From positions 1,196 to 65,195 of the forward strand of contig CAMBZJ010000004.1 of assembly GCA_945872365.1 (NCBI GenBank): 64,000 nt of DNA, given 5' to 3'. Both the position numbers and the translations under genes were made by a program. Below the pieces are notes generated by a model, which saw only the letters and a program-made list of their open reading frames with translations, made no database searches and was not told the DNA's origin. This stretch comes from Klebsiella pneumoniae. GTDB taxonomy: Bacteria > Desulfobacterota > Binatia > UBA12015. Of this stretch, positions 1 through 10,400 are shown in pieces (the stretch's first letter is position 1; each line of letters begins with the position of its first letter).

Positions 1-200
1 TTGCCACGGACGACGCATCGGCCGGTGACGAGGTCGACATCGGCCAGGTTGAGGCCGGCGAGCTCGGAGGCGCACCTGCCATGCGTGCTCGGCGAGCGAG
101 CGGCTCGCGGCCAGCGTCAGGTTCACCGAGGCCGGCGAGAGGCCGCGCTCCAGAAGCTGCTCGCGGATGGCGTCGACCGCTGCCGGCTGAGTTTCGCCCA
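1..200 (-). pseudogene. Tyrosine-recombinase-like fragments: N-terminal core-binding-like segment in one frame and a catalytic-domain-like segment in another, interrupted by stops, running off the window edge
   Basis: Minus-strand translation gives AAVDAIREQLLERGLSPASVNLTLAASRSLAEHAWQ (XerC/XerD N-terminal pattern AVDAF..L...LSP.T......L). A second frame gives SELAGLNLADVDLVTGRCVVRGK (like ISELLGLRWEDVDLERGTITV). Two in-frame TGA stops lie just upstream of the second motif. The match is to short motifs only. Confidence 0.25.
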
Positions 201-414
201 GTCGACCTCCTCGACATGCTCCTTGCCCAGGGCCAGCCGTCGCTGCCGGGCACGCCCGGCTCGCCAGCTTGGCGCTATCGAGCCCGGTCGCCTCGACGCG
301 CTAGACGACCCCAGGAGAGGTAAGCCCGGGACGGGCATGGCCTCAGGCCGGATGTACCGCACCTGCAGCGCGGCTCCGACCATGTCGGTGGTCTGGGTCG
401 ACCACTTGCGGATC

Positions 415-555
415 ATGGACTTCGCCGGCCATAAGACCCGGTCGATGTTCGACCGGTACAACAGCCGAGACTTGGCCTCGCTGGAGGCGGCGGCGCGAAT
501 GTTCAGCACGCATCCTCAACACACCTCAGAAGGAAAGGCAGCAAAAGCCCGGTGA
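415..555 (+). pseudogene. C-terminal ~45 aa of a tyrosine recombinase (integrase/XerC-like), the likely remnant at the end of ORF 1..555
   Basis: FAGHKTRSMFDRYNSRDLASLEAAARMFS aligns with the conserved integrase C-terminus LLGHanlsTTqiYthlDfqhLasvY, including the catalytic Tyr position. The upstream part of ORF 1..555 is R/A/P-rich with no recombinase features. It ends 12 nt before tRNA-Ser. Confidence 0.3.
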
Positions 556-566
556 ATTCGTTTTAT

Positions 567-655
567 GGAGGGGTGGCCGAGTGGTTGATGGCACCGGTCT
601 TGAAAACCGGCGGGGCCTTCACGGGCCCTCGTGGGTTCGAATCCCACCCCCTCCG
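567..655 (+). tRNA. tRNA-Ser (anticodon TGA)
   Basis: Cloverleaf GGAGGGG..GCCGAGTGGTtgA..anticodon loop CTTGAAA (TGA)..long variable arm..GGGTTCGAATCCCAC..CCCCTCC+G. Acceptor 7 bp complementary. No encoded CCA. Confidence 0.9.
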
Positions 656-730
656 CTTTGCCGTTGCCGCCCCCGTTGCTAATCGACAGTCGTCTCGAGT
701 GGGCCCCCGAGGGCACTTAGGTGGAGAACC

Positions 731-919
731 ATGGACAGCGCGAAGGACGACGACCTGAAGGTGGGCGACTTGGTGGTCGGAATGGCCGAGCCCGGCCCCT
801 TCACCGTTGTTGAGATCCACTTCCCGAACGTCGTCATCGAGACCGCGAGCGGCCAGCGTAAGACCATGCACGCCGGCGCCCTGCGCCGGGTCAGCGGCGA
901 CGCACCCGTCGCCCGTTGA
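731..919 (+). CDS. Hypothetical small protein (62 aa) with KOW/SH3-like KVGDLVV motif
   Basis: ATG preceded by GGTGGAG 5 nt upstream. Local GC is lower than the flanks. Protein MDSAKDDDLKVGDLVVGMAEPGPFTVVEIHFPNVVIETASGQRKTMHAGALRRVSGD has no R/A/P bias. It lies between two opposing tRNA-Ser genes. Confidence 0.45.
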   Translation: MDSAKDDDLKVGDLVVGMAEPGPFTVVEIHFPNVVIETASGQRKTMHAGALRRVSGDAPVAR

Positions 920-1001
920 GATCCGCGCCGCATACGGCTTGAACGGCGGTCGTAACGGCTGACTGGCTTCGGGGTCGTCGGTGCGCTCGGAGGTGGGGGA
1001 G

Positions 1002-1090
1002 CGGAGAGAGAGGGATTCGAACCCTCGATACGGTGTTACCCGTATACACGCTTAGCAGGCGCGCGCCTTCGACCACTCGGCCATCTCTCC
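1002..1090 (-). tRNA. tRNA-Ser (anticodon GCT)
   Basis: Reverse complement gives GGAGAGATGGCCGAGTGGTcgAAGGCGCGCGCCTGCTAAGCGTGTATACGGGTAACACCGTATCGAGGGTTCGAATCCCTCTCTCTCCG. Anticodon loop is CTGCTAA with a long variable arm. Plus strand shows GGGATTCGAACCC. Confidence 0.9.
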
Positions 1091-1226
1091 CGGCCCGGGT
1101 GGACTACTCTGCGGGACAGCGTGCTTCAAGGGGCCGACTCGAACCCTTCGATCGTCCCGGCGGCAGGGCGCCCGATGACTGGACAGGCGCGGACGCGACG
1201 GTTACGAATCGGCCACCGAGCTGCAC

Positions 1227-1300
<74 letters not shown>

Positions 1301-1309
1301 CTACTGGAA

Positions 1310-1334
1310 CCCCCCGAAAAACGGGGGGTTTTTT
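1310..1334 (+). terminator. Rho-independent terminator after tRNA-Arg
   Basis: CCCCCCG-AAAAA-CGGGGGG stem-loop followed by TTTTTT. Confidence 0.7.
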
Positions 1335-1369
1335 CGTACGGGGGGCGATGCGCTAAGAGCGGGGTCGCC

Positions 1370-1840
1370 TTGACATCACCTTCTGACATCGACGGGGCCC
1401 CGGCGGGTCCTTACGAAGGATCGAAGCGCGGGGCCTCGCTGCACTTCTCCGCGAGCCGTGGCGGCATCTCGATGCAGGCTACCGATCGGCTCGTACCGTG
1501 GCTGCTCCTCGCGGTCGCGGCGCTTGCCATGGCGCTGCGGGCTCCCATCTACCTGCTCGAGCCGAATTTCTGAGCCGAGGAGGGTGCGCTGTTCTTCGCG
1601 GTGGCGTGGGCGGCACCCGTGCAGGTCGGCCTCACCTATCGCTCGACCGAATACCTGCAGTGGTGGAGCAATCTGGCGACGACCACGGCCGCGACGCTGG
1701 TGCACGCGGGGCTCGTGCCGCTCGCGCGCGCGCCGTTGGTCACGGTTCTCTTTGCCTTGGCAGTGGCGGCCTGGCAGGTGGATGCGCGCCACCCTCTGCG
1801 GATCTGGCCGCCGCCCTGGACCGTCATGCTCGCGCCCTGA
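1370..1840 (+). pseudogene. Membrane-protein fragment: two same-frame ORFs (1370..1573 and 1601..1840) separated by an in-frame TGA
   Basis: Hydrophobic segments LVPWLLLAVAALAMAL and LVTVLFALAVAAWQV sit in the same frame (start positions both congruent mod 3). A TGA at 1571-1573 interrupts them. It is too short (~157 aa) for an intact polytopic protein, so it is likely a remnant next to the tRNA/recombinase region. Confidence 0.3.
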
Positions 1841-1891
1841 AACTCCTTCGCTCGAAGGACGCCCGCGCGGTCGCGGGGTCGCGCGTGGACC

Positions 1892-2698
1892 TCATTCCTT
1901 CGGCCAGTCCCGGGGGATGGCGAGGCTCCAGCGGGGCGATCGCCGCTCCAGGAAGGCCATGACACCTTCGAGCGCGTCGGGACGTCCCATCGTCAGGTGG
2001 TGATACGCCGTCTCCCGGTGGCCGACCTCGTCGCGAGACAGGGCCTCGCCGTCCCACAGCAGGCGCTTGGAAAGTGCAACCGAGAGCGGGGCGGTGTGGG
2101 TCGCGATGTCGCGCGCGGTCGCCATCGCCTCAACGAGCACTTCTTCGGTCGGCAGGGCCCGCGAAACCAGGCCCATGGCGGCCGCGTCCTCTCCGGTGAA
2201 GGTGCGACCGGTCAGGAAGAGTTCGGCCGCGCGCGCGAAGCCGATCGCTCGTGGAACCGTCCAGTGGGAGTGCGCATCGGGCAGCACGCCGCGTCGAACG
2301 TGGGCGAAGGCGAGTCGCGCACCGTTCGCCACGAAGCGAATGTCGCACTGGAGTGCCAGGGTGAGCCCGATTCCCACGGCGTGTCCGTTGATCGCCGCGA
2401 TCACGGGCTTGCGGACCTCCCATGGCGGGAACGCGATCGGGTCGGCGCTGAACCCGTCGCCGTCCTGTAGCGCAAAGGTGTCCGCGCCGATCGACATGTC
2501 GGCACCCACGCAGAACGCGGACCCGGCACCGGTGAGGATCACGGCCCGGACGTCGTCACGGCCGTCGCACTCGCGGTAGGCATCGGAAAGCGACGTGCCC
2601 ATCGGCCCGGAGAAGGCATTGCGCTGCTCCGGGCGGTCGAGCGTCAGGATCGCGATCCCGTCTTCCACGGACATGCGGAGATGCTCGAGCGCCATCAT
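1892..2698 (-). CDS. Enoyl-CoA hydratase/isomerase (crotonase family)
   Basis: MMALEHLRMSVEDGIAILTLDRPEQRNAF...AVILTGAGSAFCVGADM...FVANGARLAFAHVRRGVLPD. Stop overlaps the upstream gene's start region by 4 nt, indicating an operon. Confidence 0.85.
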   Translation of the reverse strand: MMALEHLRMSVEDGIAILTLDRPEQRNAFSGPMGTSLSDAYRECDGRDDVRAVILTGAGSAFCVGADMSIGADTFALQDGDGFSADPIAFPPWEVRKPVIAAINGHAVGIGLTLALQCDIRFVANGARLAFAHVRRGVLPDAHSHWTVPRAIGFARAAELFLTGRTFTGEDAAAMGLVSRALPTEEVLVEAMATARDIATHTAPLSVALSKRLLWDGEALSRDEVGHRETAYHHLTMGRPDALEGVMAFLERRSPRWSLAIPRDWPKE

Positions 2699-3705
2699 TC
2701 CCCCTTGAAGCCCCGGACCAGGTCGCCGACCGCGTCGGGGTCGGTCTCGTTGTAGAGCACCGGGGTGGTTCGGTTCGCCCACGGGCGGTTGCGCTCGCGA
2801 AGCTTTCGGCCCGCCTCGGCCGGGCGCCCGCTCACGCCGAATGTGTCGAGCATGTCGTCGCTCACCAGGCGCAGCATCTCCATCCAGCGCCCATCCTTGG
2901 ACAGGCGGTTCAATTCCGGCTGGAGTTCGCCCCACCCGTGGTGCTCCAGGACGACCCGGTAGGCGGGCGTCGAACCGTAGAAGGCGACCTGGCCTCGCGC
3001 CTTGTCGCGCGCCGCGGCGATCTCGGCGTCGTTCGACCCGATCATCGTGATCGTCTGGCAGGAGATCTCGATCGCCGTCGCGGGCCGTGCGGCGCGTGCG
3101 GCGCCCTCGGCCAGGGCGGGCAGGGCGATGTCGCGCACATAGGCTGTCGAGTTCAGCGGGTGCACGATCCAGCGATCGGCGACCTCGCCGGCCACCCGGA
3201 TCATCGCCGGGCCGAATCCCGCGAGCGCGATCCGCGGCGGGCCGTGCGGATTGGGGCCCGGACTGAGGAACGGCGTCATGAGCGTGTGGGTGTAGAATTC
3301 CCCGCGGTGGGCCAATCTTTCGCCGGTCTCCCAGGAGTGCCAGATGGCCCGGATCGCCTGCACGAACTCCCGCATGCGGGCGTTGGGCTTCGACCACGGC
3401 TGGCTGAAGCGCTTCTCGATGTGCGGGCGGATCTGGGTGCCGAGTCCGAGGACGAAGCGTCCGCGCGACACGAGTTGCAGGTCGTTGGCGACGTAGGCGC
3501 AGACCATCGGGTTGCGCGCGAACGCGATCGCGACGGCGGTCATGAGTTCGAGCCGCTCGGTATGCGCCGCCGCGAGCACCAGCGGCACGAACGGATCGTG
3601 GTTTCCCTCGAAGGAAATCGCGCCGTCGAAACCGAGCGACTCGAGCCTGCGCGCGGCTTCCCCGGCGCGTTCGAGTTCCATGAGCGCCGCGTCCAGCTTG
3701 GCCAT
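2695..3705 (-). CDS. Luciferase-like monooxygenase (LLM) family flavin oxidoreductase, possibly F420-dependent type
   Basis: MAKLDAALMELERAGEAARRLESLGFDGAISFEGNHDPFVPL...FVLGLGTQIRPHIEKRF is typical of the LLM TIM-barrel. Start ATG at 3705 with GGGAGAAC upstream. Cofactor cannot be assigned by eye. Confidence 0.8.
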   Translation of the reverse strand: MAKLDAALMELERAGEAARRLESLGFDGAISFEGNHDPFVPLVLAAAHTERLELMTAVAIAFARNPMVCAYVANDLQLVSRGRFVLGLGTQIRPHIEKRFSQPWSKPNARMREFVQAIRAIWHSWETGERLAHRGEFYTHTLMTPFLSPGPNPHGPPRIALAGFGPAMIRVAGEVADRWIVHPLNSTAYVRDIALPALAEGAARAARPATAIEISCQTITMIGSNDAEIAAARDKARGQVAFYGSTPAYRVVLEHHGWGELQPELNRLSKDGRWMEMLRLVSDDMLDTFGVSGRPAEAGRKLRERNRPWANRTTPVLYNETDPDAVGDLVRGFKGE

Positions 3706-3790
3706 GGGCGTGGTTCTCCCTCGTTGCCGCGGCGGAGGCAACTGCCGCGCGATCTTGCCGAAGGGCGCGGGCGACGCGCCGTCGGGCGGT

Positions 3791-5428
3791 TCAGCGCTCG
3801 ATGCGGAACTTTCCGAAGGGTGCGCCGAGGATCAGTCGGCCCGCCTGGTCGAGGGCGACGCCGGAGAAGAATCCGTTGAAGCGGCTGCCGCCGAGGACGT
3901 AGTGAAAGGCGGAGGCACCCGTCGTCCAGTCGAGAGCTTCGAGCGTCCAGAGCCCGTCGCGGACGCCCCCGGTGTAGAGGAGGTTCGCCGGCGTGCTCAC
4001 GAAAGGAACCGTGCTGGGCGACGCTACCTCGGTGTTTGCCCAGGCTTCCCGGAACGTCCGTCGCGCCGGGTCCCACTCGAACTTCTGGAGTCCGTGCGGC
4101 GTGAAGGCGGGATCGTCGCCAAGGTAGCTCACCAGCAGGCGGGAGGCGGCGGGCGGGAATCCCGGCGGGATCGAGGCAGCCTCGTTGTTCACGACGAGGG
4201 CACCGTAGCCGCTCACCACGACCGACTGTTCCGACTGGATCGCGGTGCGCGTGGGATCGCCCATGGTCGCGGGAAGCTGTCCCGCGATCCTGGGCGTGGG
4301 CGCACCGGCCGGTGCACGCCAGCCCGCGGGAGCCTGGTCGCGCCAGTAGATCACGACGTTCATGAGGCGGTCGCCGTCGGTGATCACGACGAAGCGATCG
4401 GCCTTGCCGAACCCCATCAGCGTGGGCGTCGCGCCCGATCCGTTTCCGCCGCCGTTCGAGTAGGGCTCGCTCCAGGCGCTATCGCCCGCGTCGGCGGAGA
4501 GCCGGGATCCGGTCCAGATCATCTTGTGCATGTGCTGGAGCGAGGCGACGTAGATCCCGCCGTCGTCGCCCACGGCCATGCTGTTGCGGACCCAGCCGTT
4601 TCCGCCGCGGCCGGTCTCCGCCCGTTTGCGGGCGCTGTAGCCGACGGCGCCCTCCTCCCGGGCGTAGGGAAGCTCGAGCGCCTGGTAGGCCGAGAAGTCT
4701 CGCTCGACGACGACGACCCAGCCGTCCTCGGTCGCCAGGACGAGGCGACCGTCGAAGGTCATGTTCACGCCGACGAATTCACCGGTGATCCCGTCCGGAC
4801 GACTCCAGCGGCCGAGTTCGACGATGGGCGAGGCGGGGTCGGCGCGATCGGCGTCGCCATACTTCACGATCTCCTTTGCGCCGCCGACGAAGAGCTGGTT
4901 GTCACGGTCGAGGACGTAGTAGACACCCGCGAGCCCGCTCAGGAAGCGCGCGGCAAGCGTGATCGCGTAAGCCTGCCGCGGCGCACCTTCCAGGGTGTCG
5001 AGCTGCGCGAGCGCCCCGTCCATCTCCGCTACCGGGGTCTGGGGCATCCCCGGGATCGGGTACTGGTCGAGCACCGCGAACGTCTCATGGTCGAGCTTCA
5101 CGATCTTCTCCCGGCCGTTACTCCAGATCACGCGCCGTCCGTCGGGGTAGGGCGAGGACACGCCGAGACCGAAGTGACCGGGTCCGATCGGCTGGTAGCT
5201 GATGTCGGCCGGCAGGAGCGTTTCGCTCGGGCCGCGTGGTCCGGCGATCGGCGAGGAATCCTGTTGCGCCGACTCCGCGTGGCCGATTGAGTAGTCGCTG
5301 TCGGCGAGGAACGGGTTGCGCGGTGGGGAGTTCGGCCCAGCCGCGAGCCCGGGTCCGGAGTCCGAACAGGCAAGCAGCGCGAGCATGGCGATCGCCGGGA
5401 GCGCCTTGAACAATGCGATTGGTCTCAT
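3791..5428 (-). CDS. Secreted lipoprotein of unknown function (~545 aa)
   Basis: Start MRPIALFKALPAIAMLALLACSDSG (lipobox LLAC) with GAGGTG SD. Long ORF without R/P bias contains motifs such as NGGGNGSGATPTLMGF. No family recognised. Confidence 0.6.
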   Translation of the reverse strand: MRPIALFKALPAIAMLALLACSDSGPGLAAGPNSPPRNPFLADSDYSIGHAESAQQDSSPIAGPRGPSETLLPADISYQPIGPGHFGLGVSSPYPDGRRVIWSNGREKIVKLDHETFAVLDQYPIPGMPQTPVAEMDGALAQLDTLEGAPRQAYAITLAARFLSGLAGVYYVLDRDNQLFVGGAKEIVKYGDADRADPASPIVELGRWSRPDGITGEFVGVNMTFDGRLVLATEDGWVVVVERDFSAYQALELPYAREEGAVGYSARKRAETGRGGNGWVRNSMAVGDDGGIYVASLQHMHKMIWTGSRLSADAGDSAWSEPYSNGGGNGSGATPTLMGFGKADRFVVITDGDRLMNVVIYWRDQAPAGWRAPAGAPTPRIAGQLPATMGDPTRTAIQSEQSVVVSGYGALVVNNEAASIPPGFPPAASRLLVSYLGDDPAFTPHGLQKFEWDPARRTFREAWANTEVASPSTVPFVSTPANLLYTGGVRDGLWTLEALDWTTGASAFHYVLGGSRFNGFFSGVALDQAGRLILGAPFGKFRIER

Positions 5429-5556
5429 CGGGCACCTCGAGAGGCGACATTCCCACTGTCGTCTTCGCAAATCAATCGCGGCTGCCACGTTCGAGTTGCG
5501 GTCGCCCCGCCGCCGGTCCATCGTGCCAGAGGTCCGCTAGGGACCGAGGAGACTCC

Positions 5557-5814
5557 ATGGCGTTGTGCGCACCGAGAAGCCCGACGGCACGGCTCGTCCT
5601 CGCGATGGTCGTTCTCGCTTGTTCGGCCGGGTCGGTGGCCGCCGCCCAGCGACGCATGGCGATCCGACTCGAACTCGGCGCGCAGCCGGCCCTGTGTGCG
5701 GTCGTCGCCTCGAAGAGCTACGGCACGCCTTTTCCGGCGATAAGCGACCACGCCGGGCGTTTCGACGGGGTGAAGGGCGCGCCGGCGCCCGTGCAATGCC
5801 CCGACGTTCCCTGA
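5557..5814 (+). CDS. Small putative lipoprotein (85 aa)
   Basis: GAGGAG 7 nt before ATG. MALCAPRSPTARLVLAMVVLACSAGS carries a lipobox-like VLAC. Sits immediately upstream of the acyl-CoA dehydrogenase gene. Confidence 0.4.
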   Translation: MALCAPRSPTARLVLAMVVLACSAGSVAAAQRRMAIRLELGAQPALCAVVASKSYGTPFPAISDHAGRFDGVKGAPAPVQCPDVP

Positions 5815-5853
5815 ACGCCCGGAGTCAAACCGGAGACGGACGAGAGAATCACG

Positions 5854-6999
5854 ATGATCGATTTCGAACTCACCGACGAGCAGCGCGCCCTGATCGAGAC
5901 CGCGCAGAAGTTCACGCGCGACCGGATCATCCCGATCGCAGCCGAGTGCGATCGCGATGAGAAGTTCCCCGACGACGTCTTCAAGGCCGCATGGGAGAAC
6001 GGACTCGCCAACCCGACCCTGCCGACGGAGTACGGCGGCCTGGGGCTGGGCGACATCGACGGAACGCTCATCAACGAGGAACTCGCCTACGGCTGTACCG
6101 GGATCGCGACGAGCATCATGGCGAATACGCTCGGCATGACCCCGATCAAGCTCGCGGGCAGCGAGGCCCAGAAGAAGAAGTACCTCGGCTGGCTTGCGAA
6201 CGAGCCGGTCATGGTGAGCTATGCGACGAGCGAGCCTGCCGCCGGCAGCGACGTCGCCGGCCTCCAGTGCCGAGCACGGCGCATGCCCGACGGTTCCTGG
6301 GTACTCAACGGCACCAAGGCCTGGATCACCAACGCCGGCCTTGCGAGCTTCTACGTGATCTTCGCCACCGAGAATCCCGAGGCGCGACACAAGGGTATCG
6401 GCGCCTTCATCCTGGGCCGCGACAACCCGGGTCTGAAGACCGGCAAGCGCGAGGACAAGCTCGGCCAGCGCGCGAGCGACACCCGCCAGGTCATGCTCGA
6501 GGACGCGGTGGTGCCACCCGAGGACGTGCTCGTCGAGCCCGGTCTCGGCTTCAAGCTGGCGATGGAGACCTTCAACCAGACGCGCCCCGACATCGGCGCG
6601 CTCGCGACCGGCCTCATGCGGCGCGCCCTCGACGAGTCGCTTGCCTATGCCAAGCAGCGGGTCGCGTTCGGCCGGCCGATCGCCGAGCAGCAACTCGTGC
6701 AGCAGATGCTCGCAGAGATGGCGATCCGGATCGAGGCGACCGGCCTCCTCGTGCGCAAGGCCGCCTGGAACCTGGAGCGCGGCATTCGCAACCCGATCGT
6801 CTCGGCCTACGCGAAGGCCTACGGCGCGGACGCGGCGATGCAGAGTGCCCTCGACGCGGTGCAGATCTTCGGCGGCAACGGCTATGTGAAGGAGTACCCG
6901 GTCGAGAAGCTCATGCGGGATGCAAAGCTCCTGCAGATCTACGAGGGCACGGCACAGATCCAACGCGTCGTGATCGCGCGGCATCTGATCGGGGGTTGA
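5854..6999 (+). CDS. Acyl-CoA dehydrogenase
   Basis: MIDFELTDEQRALIETAQKF...YGGLGLGDIDGTLINEELAYGCTG...IFGGNGYVKEYPVEKLMRDAKLLQIYEGTAQIQRVVIARHL are canonical ACAD motifs. Confidence 0.9.
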   Translation: MIDFELTDEQRALIETAQKFTRDRIIPIAAECDRDEKFPDDVFKAAWENGLANPTLPTEYGGLGLGDIDGTLINEELAYGCTGIATSIMANTLGMTPIKLAGSEAQKKKYLGWLANEPVMVSYATSEPAAGSDVAGLQCRARRMPDGSWVLNGTKAWITNAGLASFYVIFATENPEARHKGIGAFILGRDNPGLKTGKREDKLGQRASDTRQVMLEDAVVPPEDVLVEPGLGFKLAMETFNQTRPDIGALATGLMRRALDESLAYAKQRVAFGRPIAEQQLVQQMLAEMAIRIEATGLLVRKAAWNLERGIRNPIVSAYAKAYGADAAMQSALDAVQIFGGNGYVKEYPVEKLMRDAKLLQIYEGTAQIQRVVIARHLIGG

Positions 7000-7024
7000 G
7001 GGTCGGCCGGCGGAACCATCGAAG

Positions 7025-7402
7025 ATGCCCGCATCCGCCACACCCGCCTTCGAGAATCGCCCGTATTCCTGGGTCGGCCCCGGCCCGGGAGGCAAGGGCG
7101 TGCGCCTGAGGATCCGGGCCGTCCCCGGGGCGAGGCGTGACGCGATTTCCGGCCGCCACGGCGATGCGCTCCGGGTTGCGGTGCGGGCTCCCGCCGATCG
7201 GGGCCGGGCCAACGCGGCGCTCGTCGAATTCCTCGCGCGGGCGCTTGGGGTCGCGCGGCGTTCGGTCGGAGTCGTCGCAGGGCACACCGGCCGCGACAAG
7301 ATCGTCGTCGTCGAGGGACTCGACGAGGTCGTCGCACGCGAACGCCTGGAGGCGCTTCTCCCGGCCGTCCCGGGGGAGGATCTGGGCGGGAGCCTGCCGT
7401 GA
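7025..7402 (+). CDS. DUF167 (YggU-like) family protein
   Basis: GVRLRIRAVPGARRDAISGRHGDALRVAVRAPADRGRANAALVEFLARALGV...GHTGRDKIV matches the DUF167 pattern. Confidence 0.7.
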   Translation: MPASATPAFENRPYSWVGPGPGGKGVRLRIRAVPGARRDAISGRHGDALRVAVRAPADRGRANAALVEFLARALGVARRSVGVVAGHTGRDKIVVVEGLDEVVARERLEALLPAVPGEDLGGSLP

Positions 7403-10400
7403 CGACGACGGATCCGCCCTGTTCCGCGTGTGGCAGCGGCTCCACTCCGGGAGCCTTGTTCTGCCGTCACTGCGGCATGCCCCTCGAGGCCCACCCGCGT
7501 CCTGCTTCGCCGGGCGTCGCGGGGGGGTCGCCGATCGCGGAAGTAGTTCGTGAGCGGAAGCCGCCAAGCACGGAGGCTCCCGCGGGCGAACTCAAGCAGG
7601 TGACGGTGATGTTCGCCGACGTCCAGGGATCGGTCGCGCTTTCCGAGCAGACGGACGCGGAGGAATGGCACGCCATCCTCTCGCGGTTCTTCGCCCTCCT
7701 GGCGGGAGCCGCGCGGCGCTACGGTGGCGTCGTGAGCCGTTTCACCGGTGACGGGATCATGGCGCTCTTCGGCGCACCGGTCGCACAGGAGGACCACGCG
7801 CAACGCGCCTGCCATGCAGCGATCCATGCCCGCGACGCGCTTTCGGATTATGCCGCCGAGCTGCGGCGCGCCAAGGGCCTGTCGCTTTCGGTCCGGATCG
7901 GGCTCCACTCCGGCCCCGTCGTCGCGGCCTGGATCGGAGAGGCCGGTGCGAGCGGTTACACGGCCCTCGGGCCCACGGTGAGCGTGGCGGAACGGATGGA
8001 GCGCCTCGCCGAACCCGGTCACATCTACCTGACGGAGTCGACCGCGCTGCTCGCCGGCGGGTTCTTCGAACTCCGGGATCTCGGAAGATTCGACCTCCGA
8101 CTGTCGCAGGACCCGATGCGCGTGTTCGAACTCGAGCGCCGTGGGCAGCAGCGGACCCGGCTCGAATTCGCGCCCCAGCGCGGCCTCTCACAATTCGTCG
8201 GCAGGGACGACGAGATCGCGACGCTCGAAGCCGTCCTCGAGAGCGCAAGCCGGGGCGAAGGTCAGGTGGTCGAGATCGTCGGGGACGCCGGGGTCGGGAA
8301 GAGCCGGATATGCGCGGAATTCACCGCGGAGGCGCGCCATCGGGGCGTCTCCGTCGTCGAGATCCACGGCTTTGCGCACCTCGCGTCGATGTCCTACCTG
8401 ACGCTGATCGAGGATCTGCGTTCTGCAGCCCAAATCGATCCGCGCGATCCAGATCAGGTTGCGCGCGAGAAGATCGACGCATTTCTGCTCGCATGGGATC
8501 CGGACATGTCCGCGGATCTCGCGCTCTTCCACGGGATCCTCGGCCTCGCCGCGGACGGTGCGAGCGGGCTTCCCCGGGATCCCGGTTCCCAGGCCCATGC
8601 GCTCGCCTCGGTGATCGAACGCATGGCGGCTGCCACCACCCGGACCGGCCCGGTCGTCCTGCTGGTGGAGGACGCACAGTGGCTCGACCCCGGCTCGGCG
8701 GGCCTGCTCGAGGCGTTGCTGTGGACGGTGCCCGCGACGCGCCTCCTGGTCCTGCTGACGTTCCGCCCGGGGTACCGGCCGCCTCGGTTGCCCTCGGTTC
8801 ACGTCGAGCGCATCGAACTTGCGCCCCTCGGCACCGCCGCGGCCGACGAGATGCTGCACACCCTGCTCGGCGACAACCCATCGGTCGCGCCACTCGCCAC
8901 CCGGATCCGGGATCGCGCGCGGGGCAATCCGTTCTACCTCGAGGAGATCGTATGGTCGCTTTCCGACGGGGGCTTTCTCGACGGGGAGCGGGGTCGCTTC
9001 CGGTTGACCCGGCCGGCGCAAGGCGTTCCCCTGCCGGCTACCCTGCAAGCCACTCTCGGTGCGCGCATCGACCAGTTGCCGGCCGAACAGAAGCGGGTTC
9101 TGCAGGTTGCCTCGGTCATCGGCCTCGAGTTCGACGCGGCACTTCTTCGGCGCGTCCTCGGCGAGGACCCGCCACGGCTCGCTTCGAGCCTGACCGGTCT
9201 GACCCGCGGCGGCTTCCTCGACCGCTCGGATCTCGACGAGCAGGAGCGCTACCGGTTCTCGCACCCGCTCATGCACGAGGAGGTGTACTTCTCCCAACTC
9301 GGCGACGTGCGGATGCGATCGCACGCCATGGTCGCCCTGGCGCTCGCCGAGATCGATTCGAGCCAGATCGACGCGCGCGCCGGCCTGCTGGCCCACCACT
9401 GGGAGAACGCCGGGGAGGCGCTTCAGGCGGCGCGCTGGATGGCACGCGCGGCCGGCTGGGTGTCGTCGCGCAAGGTCGCGGAAGGGCTGCGTTCATGGAC
9501 CAGGGTCCGCGACCTGGTCGAGGGTCTCCCGCGCGAGGAAGCCCTGCAACTCGCGGTCGATGCACGGGTCCAGATGCTCGTCCACGGGGCTCGTATCGGG
9601 CTGTCGGAGGCGGACTCTGCGCGGATCTTCGCGGAAGGCGAGGTCCTCGCGAGTCGCCTCGGCGACCGTCGGCGCTTGAGCGCATTGTTCGGGGCCCGCT
9701 CGCAGGTGCTCGGCCTTGCGGGGGATGCGCAGGGTTCGCTCGAACTCGGCCGGCGCGCCCTCGCACTCGTCGAGGGTGAGGGCGACCGTGCGTTGACTCG
9801 CGACCGCCGTGCGGAACTGATGTTCGGCCTGTTCAGCTGCGGGCGGTTCCGGGAGGTCTGCGAACTCGCGGAGTCGACGCTCGTTCCGTGGCCCGATGGC
9901 GGCGAGCAGGTGGTCCTCGAAGATCCGCACGACGTCTGGATCCTGCTGTTCCATGCGATGTCGGCCGTCGACATGGGCAAGGTCGTCGAGGCCCGGCGCG
10001 AGATCGACATCGTGATCGAGGCGGCACAGCGCATCGGCGCCCTGGAAACCCTGTGCGTCGCCTGGGGATTCAGCCCGGTCGTGGCGCAGATCGCAGGCGA
10101 CCGCGCGGACATCGAACTCGCCCGGGCCCGGCGTGCCCTTCAACTCGCCGAGGGCCTCGAGAGCCCGCTTTCGTCGTATTTCGCGCGCTGGGGACTTGGC
10201 ATCGCCCAGCTCTCGGCGGAGAACTGGGAGGAAGCCGAGCGCCTGCTCCGGTCGAGCCTCGCGGGAGCACGCGAATCGGGCGTGGGCCTGCAGGGTGAGG
10301 CCGGGATGATGTCGAACCTTGCCGAGGCGATCGCGGGGCAGGGCGATCTCGAGGGAGCGGTAGCGCTCGCCCGCGAGGCCATCTCGGTCGGCCGCCGCCG

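Noticed and set aside
1571-1573. In-frame TGA as selenocysteine codon
   Set aside because: No SECIS-like stem-loop immediately downstream and the host protein is a short hydrophobic fragment. Pseudogene or independent ORFs are more parsimonious.
5425-8022. 865-aa ORF on the minus strand
   Set aside because: Antisense to the well-supported acyl-CoA dehydrogenase, DUF167 and cyclase genes. Extremely R/A/P/G-rich translation typical of high-GC antisense frames. No recognisable motifs.
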